Below, in pieces: positions 9,287-18,820 of a stretch of 55,799 nt of DNA; positions within the stretch are counted from its first letter, which is position 1, and the number at the start of each line of letters is the position of its first letter. Where the stretch lies: IMG/VR virus record IMGVR_UViG_3300033145_001400, positions 1 to 55,799 of that record; one strand, written 5' to 3'. The translations under genes and the position numbers were made by a program. Under the pieces are notes generated by a model. The model was given only the letters and a program-made list of their open reading frames with translations, had not been told where the DNA came from and searched no databases. Origin of the DNA: a virus (taxonomy: Duplodnaviria; Caudoviricetes).

Positions 9287-10372
9287 CTATGCCATAAGAG
9301 TAATTCCACTATGTCCATCCTGATCACTACGTATCTGTGGCACTTGAATAGTCAAAACTTTATATTTGGTAATAAATTTACCTTCAGTTTGCCATTGTAC
9401 GTTGGTAATTCCCATACCACGTACTAACCGTACCACATCACTTGTCATCTGAACTAACAACACCTTATCAGCTGGTAATGTATCAACTACCTTTATACCC
9501 TTGATATTAGCAATTTTCAGGATTCTTTCCCTAATAGTTGTCCCAGGTGTTTGAGCATCATAATCCAAATCAATTGCTGTTTCGTAATTGGTTGGAATAT
9601 ATAACATCCAAGGACCATAATGATAAGCATCAATACTCGCTTGCTTCATTGCCATTACACTCTTAATGATCTTAGCAGCACTTGTACTGGAATCATCCCA
9701 GTTACCATAATTACTTAATGTCACCCCATTTACATTTGAATCACTCAAATAACTATTTACAGTTCCTCCACCATAAGTATAACTCGTATTGGTAAACAAC
9801 ATTGTTTCCAATTTTTCATTTACCTTACGGGCTGCTCTTTCAGCGGAAGTTGCATCTAACGGATTACCTAAACTCCGACTTGCTGCTAATACACGAGAAT
9901 TGATCTCATAATCAACATGTATAATCGGAATTGGCAGATAATTGGTTCCATATTTCGGTCGATCTCCTTTTGAACGAGTCACCCCATCCATTGTTAAATC
10001 AGCCTCCATTGCATCACTTACATCATGATATTCAAGTACCGTAGTACCCATCGCATTACCTAATGTATAAACCAAACCATTATCAATCAAATCCTGAACA
10101 CCACCTAAACGTTGCCGAGAAATTTCCAGAATTGCTTCATCCAGTTGTTTCCACTCGTCCCTACGAAGGGTTCCGTTAGTTAAAATTGGACTGGTTTGAT
10201 AATTACTCGGCTTATTAAGATCACCTCCCTTATAAATTGTTACATATGTTTTCCCATCATCACCAATAAATGGTCGTAATGATCCTGGATCCAACTTACC
10301 TTGTTCTGCCATATAATTAGCGATAGCACCTTGACCACCGTCTCGTCCTACAAAATCTACATTTGTTTTCAT
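9287..10372 (-). CDS. Major capsid protein (HK97 fold, encapsulin/Linocin-M18-like)
   Basis: 361 aa after protease and decoration genes; TLRRDEWKQLDEAI, P-P-IHVDY, YGPWMLY; strong AGGAGG RBS. Confidence 0.85.
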   Translation of the reverse strand: MKTNVDFVGRDGGQGAIANYMAEQGKLDPGSLRPFIGDDGKTYVTIYKGGDLNKPSNYQTSPILTNGTLRRDEWKQLDEAILEISRQRLGGVQDLIDNGLVYTLGNAMGTTVLEYHDVSDAMEADLTMDGVTRSKGDRPKYGTNYLPIPIIHVDYEINSRVLAASRSLGNPLDATSAERAARKVNEKLETMLFTNTSYTYGGGTVNSYLSDSNVNGVTLSNYGNWDDSSTSAAKIIKSVMAMKQASIDAYHYGPWMLYIPTNYETAIDLDYDAQTPGTTIRERILKIANIKGIKVVDTLPADKVLLVQMTSDVVRLVRGMGITNVQWQTEGKFITKYKVLTIQVPQIRSDQDGHSGITLMA

Positions 10373-10394
10373 CTGTTTTACCTCCTTTCTCTTT

Positions 10395-10907
10395 TTAAAT
10401 TATTCTTACTTTGATTCTCTTACCTAAACCAAGCGGGGCAACACTTGAATTCAAACTGGAATCCGCTCCTGCTGCTACTGCTTCCAATGCCTGACCTACA
10501 ATAGCATTTGGATAAACTGTAATTGATCCTTCTGCTGATGGGCCTGCCCAAGAACCTTTATCAGCTACATGCTTCTGTAAAAATCCAGGGGTATCACTAC
10601 TTTCTAAAAAATCACCAACTGCAATATCAGTTCCATCTTCTATGATAGCATATACAATATCTCCCCTATACGGAATCCAACATTGAATCTTAGAACTCAC
10701 AGCATAATTATCTGTAATTTCTTTTCCCTGTAGTTCATCCTCTAGGGCAAACATTGGTAACGCATTGCCTTCTGCTGTACTATGTGCCTGCACAGTTGTT
10801 GCACTAGCCATTTCCAGTAACATACCCGGAGTAATTGCAACCGCTGTTGCGGTATATTCTTCAATTACATCTGAATATTTTTTAATTTTGATTGTTTTTG
10901 GTGTCAT
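10395..10907 (-). CDS. Capsid decoration/cement protein
   Basis: 170 aa, Ala/Gly-rich (ITPGMLL, IAVGDFLES); between protease and MCP. Confidence 0.65.
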   Translation of the reverse strand: MTPKTIKIKKYSDVIEEYTATAVAITPGMLLEMASATTVQAHSTAEGNALPMFALEDELQGKEITDNYAVSSKIQCWIPYRGDIVYAIIEDGTDIAVGDFLESSDTPGFLQKHVADKGSWAGPSAEGSITVYPNAIVGQALEAVAAGADSSLNSSVAPLGLGKRIKVRII

Positions 10908-10926
10908 TTTATTTTACCTCCTTTCA

Positions 10927-12582
10927 TTATTTGTTTTCCTTATTTTCTTCTGGCTTAATTCCAGCGGGAAGCAAAGGTTTTTGTTCATTATCATTAATCT
11001 TACTAGAATGAATTCCAAGTGGTGAAAAATCAGTCCCATCTTTCAATGTAGACTTATATACCTTTTCAAGTGTATCCATTTTCATTTCTTTAAAATCATC
11101 TTCTATCCATGTACCGTCTTCAGTATTCGTTAGAATACTTTTGCTCATTTTTTCACGATCTGCATCGTACTTCTTTTGGCCGTACGCTTGCACTTCTGGA
11201 TCTACAGTTGGTTGAGTCTTTTTATAATCCTCAATTACCTGTTTTTTCTCATCCTCATTTAACTGAGGAGTTTCTTTTTTCTCTAACTCTTTAGGGAACA
11301 TCTTTTCAACGTTCTCTGCTTCCTGAGTCAGTAACCACTCTTTGTCTTCCTCGGTGTACTTAGTTAACGCATGTGCAATTAACTCATCCACCCTATCAGG
11401 ACAAGGAGCTTTTTTCAATTCACTCATTGTTTTAACCTCCTTCTTTAGGTTTTTGTTATTACTAGAAAATTTTGTTCTCTTTGGAAGAATCTTTTCCTCC
11501 AATGCAATGAAATTAACCTCTCGTTGCACTTCAACAGGATCACCAGTAAACAACACCTCATCATTCCCAGACATGGTATAATTTTGTTGGTGATATGTTG
11601 TACTCTCTCCCTGCATACGCACCTCGTAAACGAGTTTATTGTCATACAGTTCAACCAAGTAATGATACTTAACTTGCGTATCGTTCTTGTCCAATTCTGT
11701 TTGTACCAATTGTAATTTCTCACGATAACCATTCTCGTTATCTGTAATATGATCAACCACGGTATTTTGCAAATTGTACATCGTTACTTGGTGTAAATCC
11801 AATTCTGCTTTTTTCACATCGTTACCTCCTTTCTTATTAACTCTGATTCCACAACCATCCTCCCAAGAACAAGCACCTGTCCCGCCGGGCAAGAGAGCCA
11901 AGTGATCTGGTCTGTGATTTCTGGCTATTGATTCATATGATTCTCCGTGCCAAATTCCTGACACGTTTTCTTCATCTGTAAATACTCCAACACTCACCTG
12001 CAATTCCTTCTGTTCTCGGACAGCCTGTAAAGCTATTTCACTCTGCTCCTGTAATCGCTTCTCATCCAACCAAACTTCTGCTTTTAATTTATCTCCATCC
12101 ATATGCGTATTAAAAATACGTCCAACTTTTTCTTTTGTTAACACTTTTGGAGAATTAGCTGAAACATTCTCATCATCCACCATCGGGTGCTCTATTGTCA
12201 CTGGAATACCATTCCAAGATTCAGGAAACTTCCCCAAATCCTCTGCTAAATGTAATAATGGACCTTGAGATCCATTATGCACTCCCTCAACCATCATTAC
12301 TACTGGCACTACAATATATGAACGATCTTCATATATTTCCGAACGAATTACATAATCACTATTTGTTTGTATATATAATTGTATCATATCATTTATATTT
12401 GCTTCATGATGTCCTACCACTCCATTTGCCTGTCTTATTGCCTTTGGTGCACATGTTCGATCTGTTCCTCCGTCTTTAATACATTTTGCTAATACTGAAT
12501 TAGCTATTCTAACCCACTGTCGTTTCTGAGCGGCTGTTAACCCTCGTTTATGACTATCTACATCTGCTGTTGACCATGGCAT
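10927..12582 (-). CDS. Prohead protease (DUF2213-like) fused to scaffold
   Basis: WNGIPVTIEHP, VSVG, PDHLALLP-GTGACSWEDGCG; acidic helical C-terminus. Confidence 0.8.
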   Translation of the reverse strand: MPWSTADVDSHKRGLTAAQKRQWVRIANSVLAKCIKDGGTDRTCAPKAIRQANGVVGHHEANINDMIQLYIQTNSDYVIRSEIYEDRSYIVVPVVMMVEGVHNGSQGPLLHLAEDLGKFPESWNGIPVTIEHPMVDDENVSANSPKVLTKEKVGRIFNTHMDGDKLKAEVWLDEKRLQEQSEIALQAVREQKELQVSVGVFTDEENVSGIWHGESYESIARNHRPDHLALLPGGTGACSWEDGCGIRVNKKGGNDVKKAELDLHQVTMYNLQNTVVDHITDNENGYREKLQLVQTELDKNDTQVKYHYLVELYDNKLVYEVRMQGESTTYHQQNYTMSGNDEVLFTGDPVEVQREVNFIALEEKILPKRTKFSSNNKNLKKEVKTMSELKKAPCPDRVDELIAHALTKYTEEDKEWLLTQEAENVEKMFPKELEKKETPQLNEDEKKQVIEDYKKTQPTVDPEVQAYGQKKYDADREKMSKSILTNTEDGTWIEDDFKEMKMDTLEKVYKSTLKDGTDFSPLGIHSSKINDNEQKPLLPAGIKPEENKENK

Positions 12583-12587
12583 TTTAT

Positions 12588-14147
12588 TTATCCTCCTATG
12601 ATTTTAAGATCAATATACTTTCCAGATATTTTTGTTACTTCAAACCTTAATCCAGCAGGTAATAATACTTCTTTTTCAAAAACTGCTCCTGATATTTTGA
12701 GCATCGTTACTGGTAATGCTCTTTGATTTGGTTTTAAAACTATTCTAAGAATTCTCGGATCATCCCACTTATTCAATTTTTGGGCAAAGCTTTCTGAGAC
12801 ACTTCTAAAACTTGAAGTGCTTGAAAATGCCTTATCTGTATATCTTAATCCTACCTTTAAATCAGCAGGATTTTGAATACCAAACGTCTCCGCTGAGTTA
12901 CGAATCCCTCTATAAACCACTCCTTCTTCAGTCACTACTGATTTGTTTATTGCTGAATTAATATTAGTAACATACCGTTGAACTTTTTCTAACGTCCCTC
13001 CTGCTTTTTTTATTGCTGAGGAAATAGTACCTTCCCTCAAATAATTTTGTATGGTTGAAAATCCCCCAACATCACTCCCATATATACCTTTTCCATATTC
13101 AACAACAGCAGCTCGTTCAGTATTCGTTAAATTAGCATACTTATAAGTATTACCACCTTCGGTATAACTTTGATTCCTTATTATCTCCTGTTCAGGAGGT
13201 AAGTCTTCCGTTCTTCCCTTAAATGGGATCGCACAACATCTACAATTTGGGTGCAAAGGTATCATCCCTTCAATCCTATCCAATGTAAATACCTCACGTT
13301 CCAAAGCAGCACACCGATCACAAACCCTATCATCTCCAGCCGTTACAAACTCTGCTTTCACTTTAACTCCTTCAACTGCCCAATTTCTATATTCCTGAAT
13401 TGTTGCATTATGATGAGCCCTTATAATCTCAGTCCTTGCCAACATTTCCGCTCTCCGTGCAGCTGGAATAAATCTACCCAACGTATCAGTAATCGCTAAT
13501 TTCCCCATTCCTGTTCCATTAATCGTACTAACTAATTTCCGAGCTAACAACCTTGGATTATCTCCATCTGCCATTCCCTGAGCCAAAACCCTACTTATCT
13601 GAGTGTCCATAGCCGTTGTAATGCCTTTTAAGCCACTGAACGTCCTTGAGTATAATAACCCTACCCGATCTATATGAAACGGCGTAGACATGCTTATTTC
13701 TATACCTCCTGTTTGATCAATAGTTGGAACATCAAACCCAGCCTTCTTCAATTCATATCTCGCTCTTATTACTCCTCTTTTGTAACTATCCTGAATATAC
13801 TTATTCGTCCAAGCCCCTTCTACTCCTACTCCTATTTGTTGAAATTCCCCTACCTCCAAAATTCCTCTTTCCACTTGACGATTTAACCACTCCATAAATG
13901 CCGATACTTTATCTGCTGAACGTGGAAAAGTAAACATCTGCCTACCTGGAGGAGTCATCTGATAGAAACCAGCTTTCAACCCAAAACAATCCTCTTCAAC
14001 TATTGCTTGCCAGATAACATGTGTTAATTCCCGGAATCGTTTTCGCATATCCTTGGCAAAAGCGTTTCTCAACACTGTGGTCCTCGTAGGATCATAATTG
14101 TTAACCTGAATCCCTGTAGGATGTGTATATATTAATGTTTCTATCAT
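12588..14147 (-). CDS. MuF/SPP1 gp7-like minor head protein with C-terminal ADP-ribosyltransferase
   Basis: RAEMLARTE, DDRVCDRC and PLHPNCRC (MuF), then VYRG, FSSTS and EKEVLLP (R-S-ExE ART). Confidence 0.85.
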   Translation of the reverse strand: MIETLIYTHPTGIQVNNYDPTRTTVLRNAFAKDMRKRFRELTHVIWQAIVEEDCFGLKAGFYQMTPPGRQMFTFPRSADKVSAFMEWLNRQVERGILEVGEFQQIGVGVEGAWTNKYIQDSYKRGVIRARYELKKAGFDVPTIDQTGGIEISMSTPFHIDRVGLLYSRTFSGLKGITTAMDTQISRVLAQGMADGDNPRLLARKLVSTINGTGMGKLAITDTLGRFIPAARRAEMLARTEIIRAHHNATIQEYRNWAVEGVKVKAEFVTAGDDRVCDRCAALEREVFTLDRIEGMIPLHPNCRCCAIPFKGRTEDLPPEQEIIRNQSYTEGGNTYKYANLTNTERAAVVEYGKGIYGSDVGGFSTIQNYLREGTISSAIKKAGGTLEKVQRYVTNINSAINKSVVTEEGVVYRGIRNSAETFGIQNPADLKVGLRYTDKAFSSTSSFRSVSESFAQKLNKWDDPRILRIVLKPNQRALPVTMLKISGAVFEKEVLLPAGLRFEVTKISGKYIDLKIIGG

Positions 14148-14428
14148 TTCACTTTTGATCCATCCTCCATATAATAATCCGGTTCAAATTCCGGTCTTTT
14201 CTCTTCCTCAACTTCTACCAAGTGATATTTCTTTAATTCTTTTTTTATACTTTGTTCATCCTCTGTTAAAATAAAATCACCATTTTCCCGGGTTGCGTAA
14301 CGTTTTATATCAATCGTAATAAAATTATCTTTCATAATGTGAATATGAGCTTCTATAATCTTAGAATCTTTAACCCCAAAAAGCTCAAGGATTTTCTTTC
14401 CAATTTCTTTCCCTACTATTTGTGCCAT
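14144..14428 (-). CDS. Hypothetical protein
   Basis: 94 aa ORF in the operon between portal and MuF. Confidence 0.55.
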   Translation of the reverse strand: MAQIVGKEIGKKILELFGVKDSKIIEAHIHIMKDNFITIDIKRYATRENGDFILTEDEQSIKKELKKYHLVEVEEEKRPEFEPDYYMEDGSKVK

Positions 14429-14458
14429 AACTTCTATTTGTCTTAATTAAACAATATA

Positions 14459-15886
14459 TTATTCCTCAATTTTTTCCTTTTCTAACCTCTGCCTTTCTAA
14501 TTCCTCCTCCTCAGGAGTTAACATCTTTTCTTCCTCCTCTTTTACTACTGCCTCACGGGCTTCCATAATCTGATCAATCTGTTCTTTTTCTAATCCTAAG
14601 AAATATTTCAAAAACTCATCAGGAGGAATTGTCATTTCCGCCATTGGTGATGCAGCATATTTACTCAAAGCTTCTGAACGTGATTTTCCAATATCAACCT
14701 TTTCCTTCTCACTCTGGGCAAATAAATCCTGCCATTGAACATCATATTTTTCCTTTGGCTCTGGTAATATCTTATACTCAATACAACGATCAACAAATGG
14801 TCGTACTATATTTGGTTCAGCGAATTCCTCTCTACGACCCTTTACGAACGACAACCATTCAGTACGATCCTGCGTACTTGATAATTCTCCACGTTCCGAC
14901 CCTGTTAATATCCGTTTCGGTATTCCCGTCACTGCTGAAATCATTTGCAGTTGAACATCTACATGACCCGATGGATCTGATACTTGTTGTGCCAAAGATT
15001 GTAAATCAACTCCTTCCATAATTAATATACGCCGTAGATTATTTTCATACTCGTCAATTTGATCCTTCAAATCATCCTCGGTATCTGTGGTCATTGTAAA
15101 ATCTTTATCCAACTTACCTTGATAACCAGGACGAGCTCCTCGCCAAAACATTTCAGCATCCCCTCCGACTAACTTTTCCAGATCCATCAAACGATTATAT
15201 ACAGCTTCTAAACGTGGTAAACCCTTAATGTCTGATTCCAACTTTTCATCCGTTACATGTAACACCCTACTATGATGGATTCTTACAGGGACTTCCCCTC
15301 CAGCAGGATTAGTTATCGTAATTGTATATTCCGTAGGTAATCCATATCTAGGATTCTTAGCCAAAGTTTCCCACTTTGTTATCTCTACATCTCCTTGTGA
15401 GAATGATTTTACATATAATAACTTCTTTTCATTTCCTGCCAATACAGGCAAAGCAAAATCATCCCGTTTCTTAACATCACTCAACCCTAATAACAATATT
15501 CCGAACTCACCAATACCAGTAAGTTTATCCAACCTTGAAAACTGTGATTTTAATTTTAATCTATCCCTTAATTCAACCCAATCCTTTTGTAAGGTTGTTT
15601 CCTTTTCGTCATCGGATTCAATTATTTCCAAATCTCCCTGCCAAGTAACCTTCACAGGACGATCAATTATCGCTCTAGCAATATCCTGACGCAAATACCT
15701 ACTGGCATAATCCGCGTAGGTTATATTCGTTGTATACCCTAACGCCTCGTATATATTCCTATCCGTTCCGTATTGCTGTCCTAACTTAGCAGCCAACTGA
15801 GCCCTACCAACTAACTGACTCATCATAGTTAACCTATCTTGTAAGGTTTGTATCTCAGTTCCTTTATTAAGTTTAGTCCGTTCCAT
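14459..15886 (-). CDS. Portal protein (DUF1073 family)
   Basis: IARAIIDRP, IHHSRVLH, GIPKRILTGSERGELSSTQD; position upstream of MuF. Confidence 0.85.
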   Translation of the reverse strand: MERTKLNKGTEIQTLQDRLTMMSQLVGRAQLAAKLGQQYGTDRNIYEALGYTTNITYADYASRYLRQDIARAIIDRPVKVTWQGDLEIIESDDEKETTLQKDWVELRDRLKLKSQFSRLDKLTGIGEFGILLLGLSDVKKRDDFALPVLAGNEKKLLYVKSFSQGDVEITKWETLAKNPRYGLPTEYTITITNPAGGEVPVRIHHSRVLHVTDEKLESDIKGLPRLEAVYNRLMDLEKLVGGDAEMFWRGARPGYQGKLDKDFTMTTDTEDDLKDQIDEYENNLRRILIMEGVDLQSLAQQVSDPSGHVDVQLQMISAVTGIPKRILTGSERGELSSTQDRTEWLSFVKGRREEFAEPNIVRPFVDRCIEYKILPEPKEKYDVQWQDLFAQSEKEKVDIGKSRSEALSKYAASPMAEMTIPPDEFLKYFLGLEKEQIDQIMEAREAVVKEEEEKMLTPEEEELERQRLEKEKIEE

Positions 15887-15904
15887 AGTACTTTAATAGT
15901 ATAA

Positions 15905-16312
15905 TCATTTAATTTGAAAATGTGGAAAATCATTAAAACGCTGATCTGTCAAAACTGTATCATTGTCCCAGTCAATACCGGTTATTATTTCTTTCTCCAT
16001 TGCTCCATAATCTTTTAACATTCGGGCAATCCCTTTTACAAATCCTATAAAGTATCTCATCCTATCTATATTCTTCCATTGTATAGGATATGGTATAACA
16101 TCCACTGCCTGTGAAGGTGTTTTATTATGCTTTGAATTTGGATACTTGACTTTTGAGAACCCACCAGCAAAAGCTGCATTTTGTGCTTTCTTTGTTCTGT
16201 AACCGTAAATTACTTTACAATCAAAATACTTAATCACATAATTAAACAATATCTGTAATTCAGGATCACAAGATTCTAATTTACTTTTTGATGACTTGCT
16301 AAAATTTGGCAT
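15905..16312 (-). CDS. Endolysin, M15 L-Ala-D-Glu peptidase family
   Basis: GYRT..Q, SKHN...SQAVD, DFPHFQ zinc-peptidase motifs. Confidence 0.85.
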   Translation of the reverse strand: MPNFSKSSKSKLESCDPELQILFNYVIKYFDCKVIYGYRTKKAQNAAFAGGFSKVKYPNSKHNKTPSQAVDVIPYPIQWKNIDRMRYFIGFVKGIARMLKDYGAMEKEIITGIDWDNDTVLTDQRFNDFPHFQIK

Positions 16313-16314
16313 CT

Positions 16315-16503
16315 TTATTCTGCAAAAAAGTTAGTTAAAAATTTACCTATCCCTCCAAGTCCCAAGCTAATGTAACCAAGTACATCAATATCTTTTGCTA
16401 TTGCTGCTGCCGTAATGAATAATGAAACACTTAAAACAGCGTCTCCTAGTTTTCTCCAATTTCTTGGAGTTGGTTGCATGTAATTCCTTTGTGAAAATTT
16501 CAT
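16315..16503 (-). CDS. Putative holin
   Basis: 62 aa with two hydrophobic segments, directly upstream of the endolysin. Confidence 0.65.
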   Translation of the reverse strand: MKFSQRNYMQPTPRNWRKLGDAVLSVSLFITAAAIAKDIDVLGYISLGLGGIGKFLTNFFAE

Positions 16504-16522
16504 AATCTTATAATTTTTTAAA

Positions 16523-16702
16523 TTAATATTCCCATTCTATATCTTCTTTTTTCGGATAATTATCATCCCCAGTCGTTGGTAAAGCGATAGGATAATTTAT
16601 AAATTCAGTTGTTTTTGATTCCTCAATAAGTTTATATTGAGCTCCACAACCCCAACATTTTAATCCTGTATCCAATGGATAACCACATTTTGCACAATTC
16701 AT
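16523..16702 (-). CDS. Small zinc-ribbon protein (59 aa, not in ORF track)
   Basis: MNCAKCGYPLDTGLKCWGCGAQY..., two CxxC motifs; ATGA overlap with the upstream gene. Confidence 0.55.
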   Translation of the reverse strand: MNCAKCGYPLDTGLKCWGCGAQYKLIEESKTTEFINYPIALPTTGDDNYPKKEDIEWEY

Positions 16703-17037
16703 AACTTCTTAAATATTAATGTGAATAATTGTATCAAATCAATTCTATCATAAATCCAAGCAACTGAATAGCAAAATCCAAATAGTCCGATAACATACCA
16801 TTTTACATTGCGGCTTATCCTGTTAACTCTTTCAGTTGTCTTTTTGTTTTCCGCCATCGTTCCATTTGCTACATCCTGCCTTTTTATCATAACATCCATT
16901 TTTTCTGCCACCCTGTCTATTTCCGATATTGTCCTTGCATTTATTGCACTTGTCATATCTTTTTGATATTGCAAAATTGTCTGTTGTTGCAAATCCAACA
17001 TTCCTATTATTTGATCATGTGTGACAGGTGTGTTCAT
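16699..17037 (-). CDS. Coiled-coil protein with C-terminal TM helix (holin/antiholin-like)
   Basis: ANGT coiled-coil region followed by WYVIGLFGFCYSVAWIY. Confidence 0.5.
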   Translation of the reverse strand: MNTPVTHDQIIGMLDLQQQTILQYQKDMTSAINARTISEIDRVAEKMDVMIKRQDVANGTMAENKKTTERVNRISRNVKWYVIGLFGFCYSVAWIYDRIDLIQLFTLIFKKL

Positions 17038-17157
17038 TTTTTTACCATTAATTTTTTGTTATTATATCCCGGATATGCTTCATCTTTAAATAGTTTTTTA
17101 CAATACGATTGAAATATGCTATTGTCTTTAAGTCCTTTATTATTAATCGTTTCATAA

Positions 17158-18009
17158 TCAATTAGTTTCCCTTGCTGGTTTTGTAGTTGAATAAACCCAA
17201 TCTGCATAATTAATTATAATATCATCGCATTCCGACGTGTCAGTTTCGAGATTCAAAATCAGACTCATTATATCATTTACTTCTACTACATTACTCGTCT
17301 CATCCCAGTTAATTGTAAAAATAGTTTCATGTTGAGTGTATTGAGCTTTATTATCTGTTATTGTATGTGCAACTTCTAAGGTTTGAGTTTTTGTAGATAC
17401 TTCATGATTCCCCTTATAATAACAGATTAATTGTAAATCCACGGTTCCATCCGCAGACGATGCTTCGTTCACTTCCCAATAAACAGTTAAGATTATATCA
17501 GTCGCTCCATCCCAGTCATCCTCTATATGAGTTGTGTAGTACAATTTTTCAGTATTAACATTCAAACTATATCCCCCTAATGTACTTACTGTTGTAGCTA
17601 TTAATTCCGCTCCCGATCCTCCTGGTGATACTTCAAATGCTGAAATATTATCTTCGTGATAATATAGAGAGGTTGTTCCGTCTGATTGATAACCATTATA
17701 TGTACCATTCGATTCAAACACATTCGCTGTTAAAGTATCCCAAGTAATTTCAGAAACGTCTATGGACTTTATCCCTCCTGTTGAGGTAGGTGATAATACT
17801 TTTGTTTCTGATGTTGCTAAATCAGGTAAAAATAAACTATCACCACTAAACAAGTGTTGTATAGCTATTCCCTTAGTAGCATCTGACTGGTCAATAATTA
17901 ATAAATCCGTTTTAGTAGCTGTTGTTGCTCTAGTAAGGTCTTCTATCTTTTGTCCATACAAAACCACCCCACTGGCAATTAACAATAATATTAATAATAT
18001 TTTTTTCAT
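17158..18009 (-). CDS. Signal-peptide-bearing beta-rich protein
   Basis: MKKILLILLLIASGVVLYG|Q signal peptide; Thr/Ser/Asp-rich mature region. Confidence 0.6.
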   Translation of the reverse strand: MKKILLILLLIASGVVLYGQKIEDLTRATTATKTDLLIIDQSDATKGIAIQHLFSGDSLFLPDLATSETKVLSPTSTGGIKSIDVSEITWDTLTANVFESNGTYNGYQSDGTTSLYYHEDNISAFEVSPGGSGAELIATTVSTLGGYSLNVNTEKLYYTTHIEDDWDGATDIILTVYWEVNEASSADGTVDLQLICYYKGNHEVSTKTQTLEVAHTITDNKAQYTQHETIFTINWDETSNVVEVNDIMSLILNLETDTSECDDIIINYADWVYSTTKPARETN

Positions 18010-18020
18010 ATCTCCTTATT

Positions 18021-18182
18021 TTATTTAGTTAATATAAACTTTCCATCCTTAGTTAATATTGGCTCCCCACCTTTTGTTAAGATTGCATCTCCAGGAACTC
18101 CGTGTGGATTAATTACTGTTGTAACTATATCCTGTACCACGTTCCTCGTTACATTTCGTATTAATGGTTTACGTTTAATCAT
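18021..18182 (-). CDS. Small protein with ILTKxG repeats (53 aa, not in ORF track)
   Basis: Read manually; ends ILTKGGEPILTKDGKFILTK; TGATG coupling with the upstream gene. Confidence 0.55.
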   Translation of the reverse strand: MIKRKPLIRNVTRNVVQDIVTTVINPHGVPGDAILTKGGEPILTKDGKFILTK

Positions 18183-18541
18183 CACCAATCAAACCCAAAT
18201 GTAAATTCTCCTGAAGTATAATTCTGTGTTGCTACCCCACTCGAAGCATCCGCCTTCACTCCAGCTCTCCATTGTGTTCCAGCTCCTCCTCCTTCAATTA
18301 CCTTACGACATACCTCATTGTAAGTATCATAATCAGTCCATACATCATCTCCCGTACATTTAAACTGTAAAGTCACTATCATTACTCCTGCTCCTACTCC
18401 TGTTTCTCGTATTGAGAAAAAGATATGAGTTAGGTCTTCATTACGTATACTCACCGAGTTGGTAAAATAACCATCTCCACTTGGTTCCTCGTTTACCGTC
18501 ACATATTCCCTATATACTGAACTATCTCTACTGTTTGCCAT
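18182..18541 (-). CDS. Hypothetical, possibly structural, beta-rich protein
   Basis: 119 aa ORF in the late operon. Confidence 0.5.
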   Translation of the reverse strand: MANSRDSSVYREYVTVNEEPSGDGYFTNSVSIRNEDLTHIFFSIRETGVGAGVMIVTLQFKCTGDDVWTDYDTYNEVCRKVIEGGGAGTQWRAGVKADASSGVATQNYTSGEFTFGFDW

Positions 18542-18554
18542 TTATTGTTATTTT

Positions 18555-18704
18555 TTATTTGTTTTGATTTCTTCGTCTTGCCGGAGGAGGACTAGCTTGT
18601 CCTTTGCCTGTTCCTCTAGTCGGATCACAACCCCCTCTACCTTGATTGGCTCTTTGTCCACGTCCTGAACCGTCTTTTTTTGGTGTTCCAATTTTTGTTG
18701 CCAT
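18555..18704 (-). CDS. Small Gly/Arg-rich basic protein (49 aa, not in ORF track)
   Basis: MATKIGTPKKDGSGRGQRANQGRGGCDPTRGTGKGQASPPPARRRNQNK; GC-richer than the flanking DNA. Confidence 0.55.
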   Translation of the reverse strand: MATKIGTPKKDGSGRGQRANQGRGGCDPTRGTGKGQASPPPARRRNQNK

Positions 18705-18820
18705 GTTTTATATTTATTAGTTTAAATATATTTCATAAATCATTAACCTTCCATATATATCAATCCGATGACGCCGTCTACTAAAAATCAATAAAGTTAC
18801 TCCGCTAATAATATCTTGTT

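Noticed and set aside
14459-15886. Anti-CBASS Acb1 label often attached to DUF1073 proteins
   Set aside because: Size, motifs and position indicate a portal protein; no HxT phosphoesterase motifs were seen.
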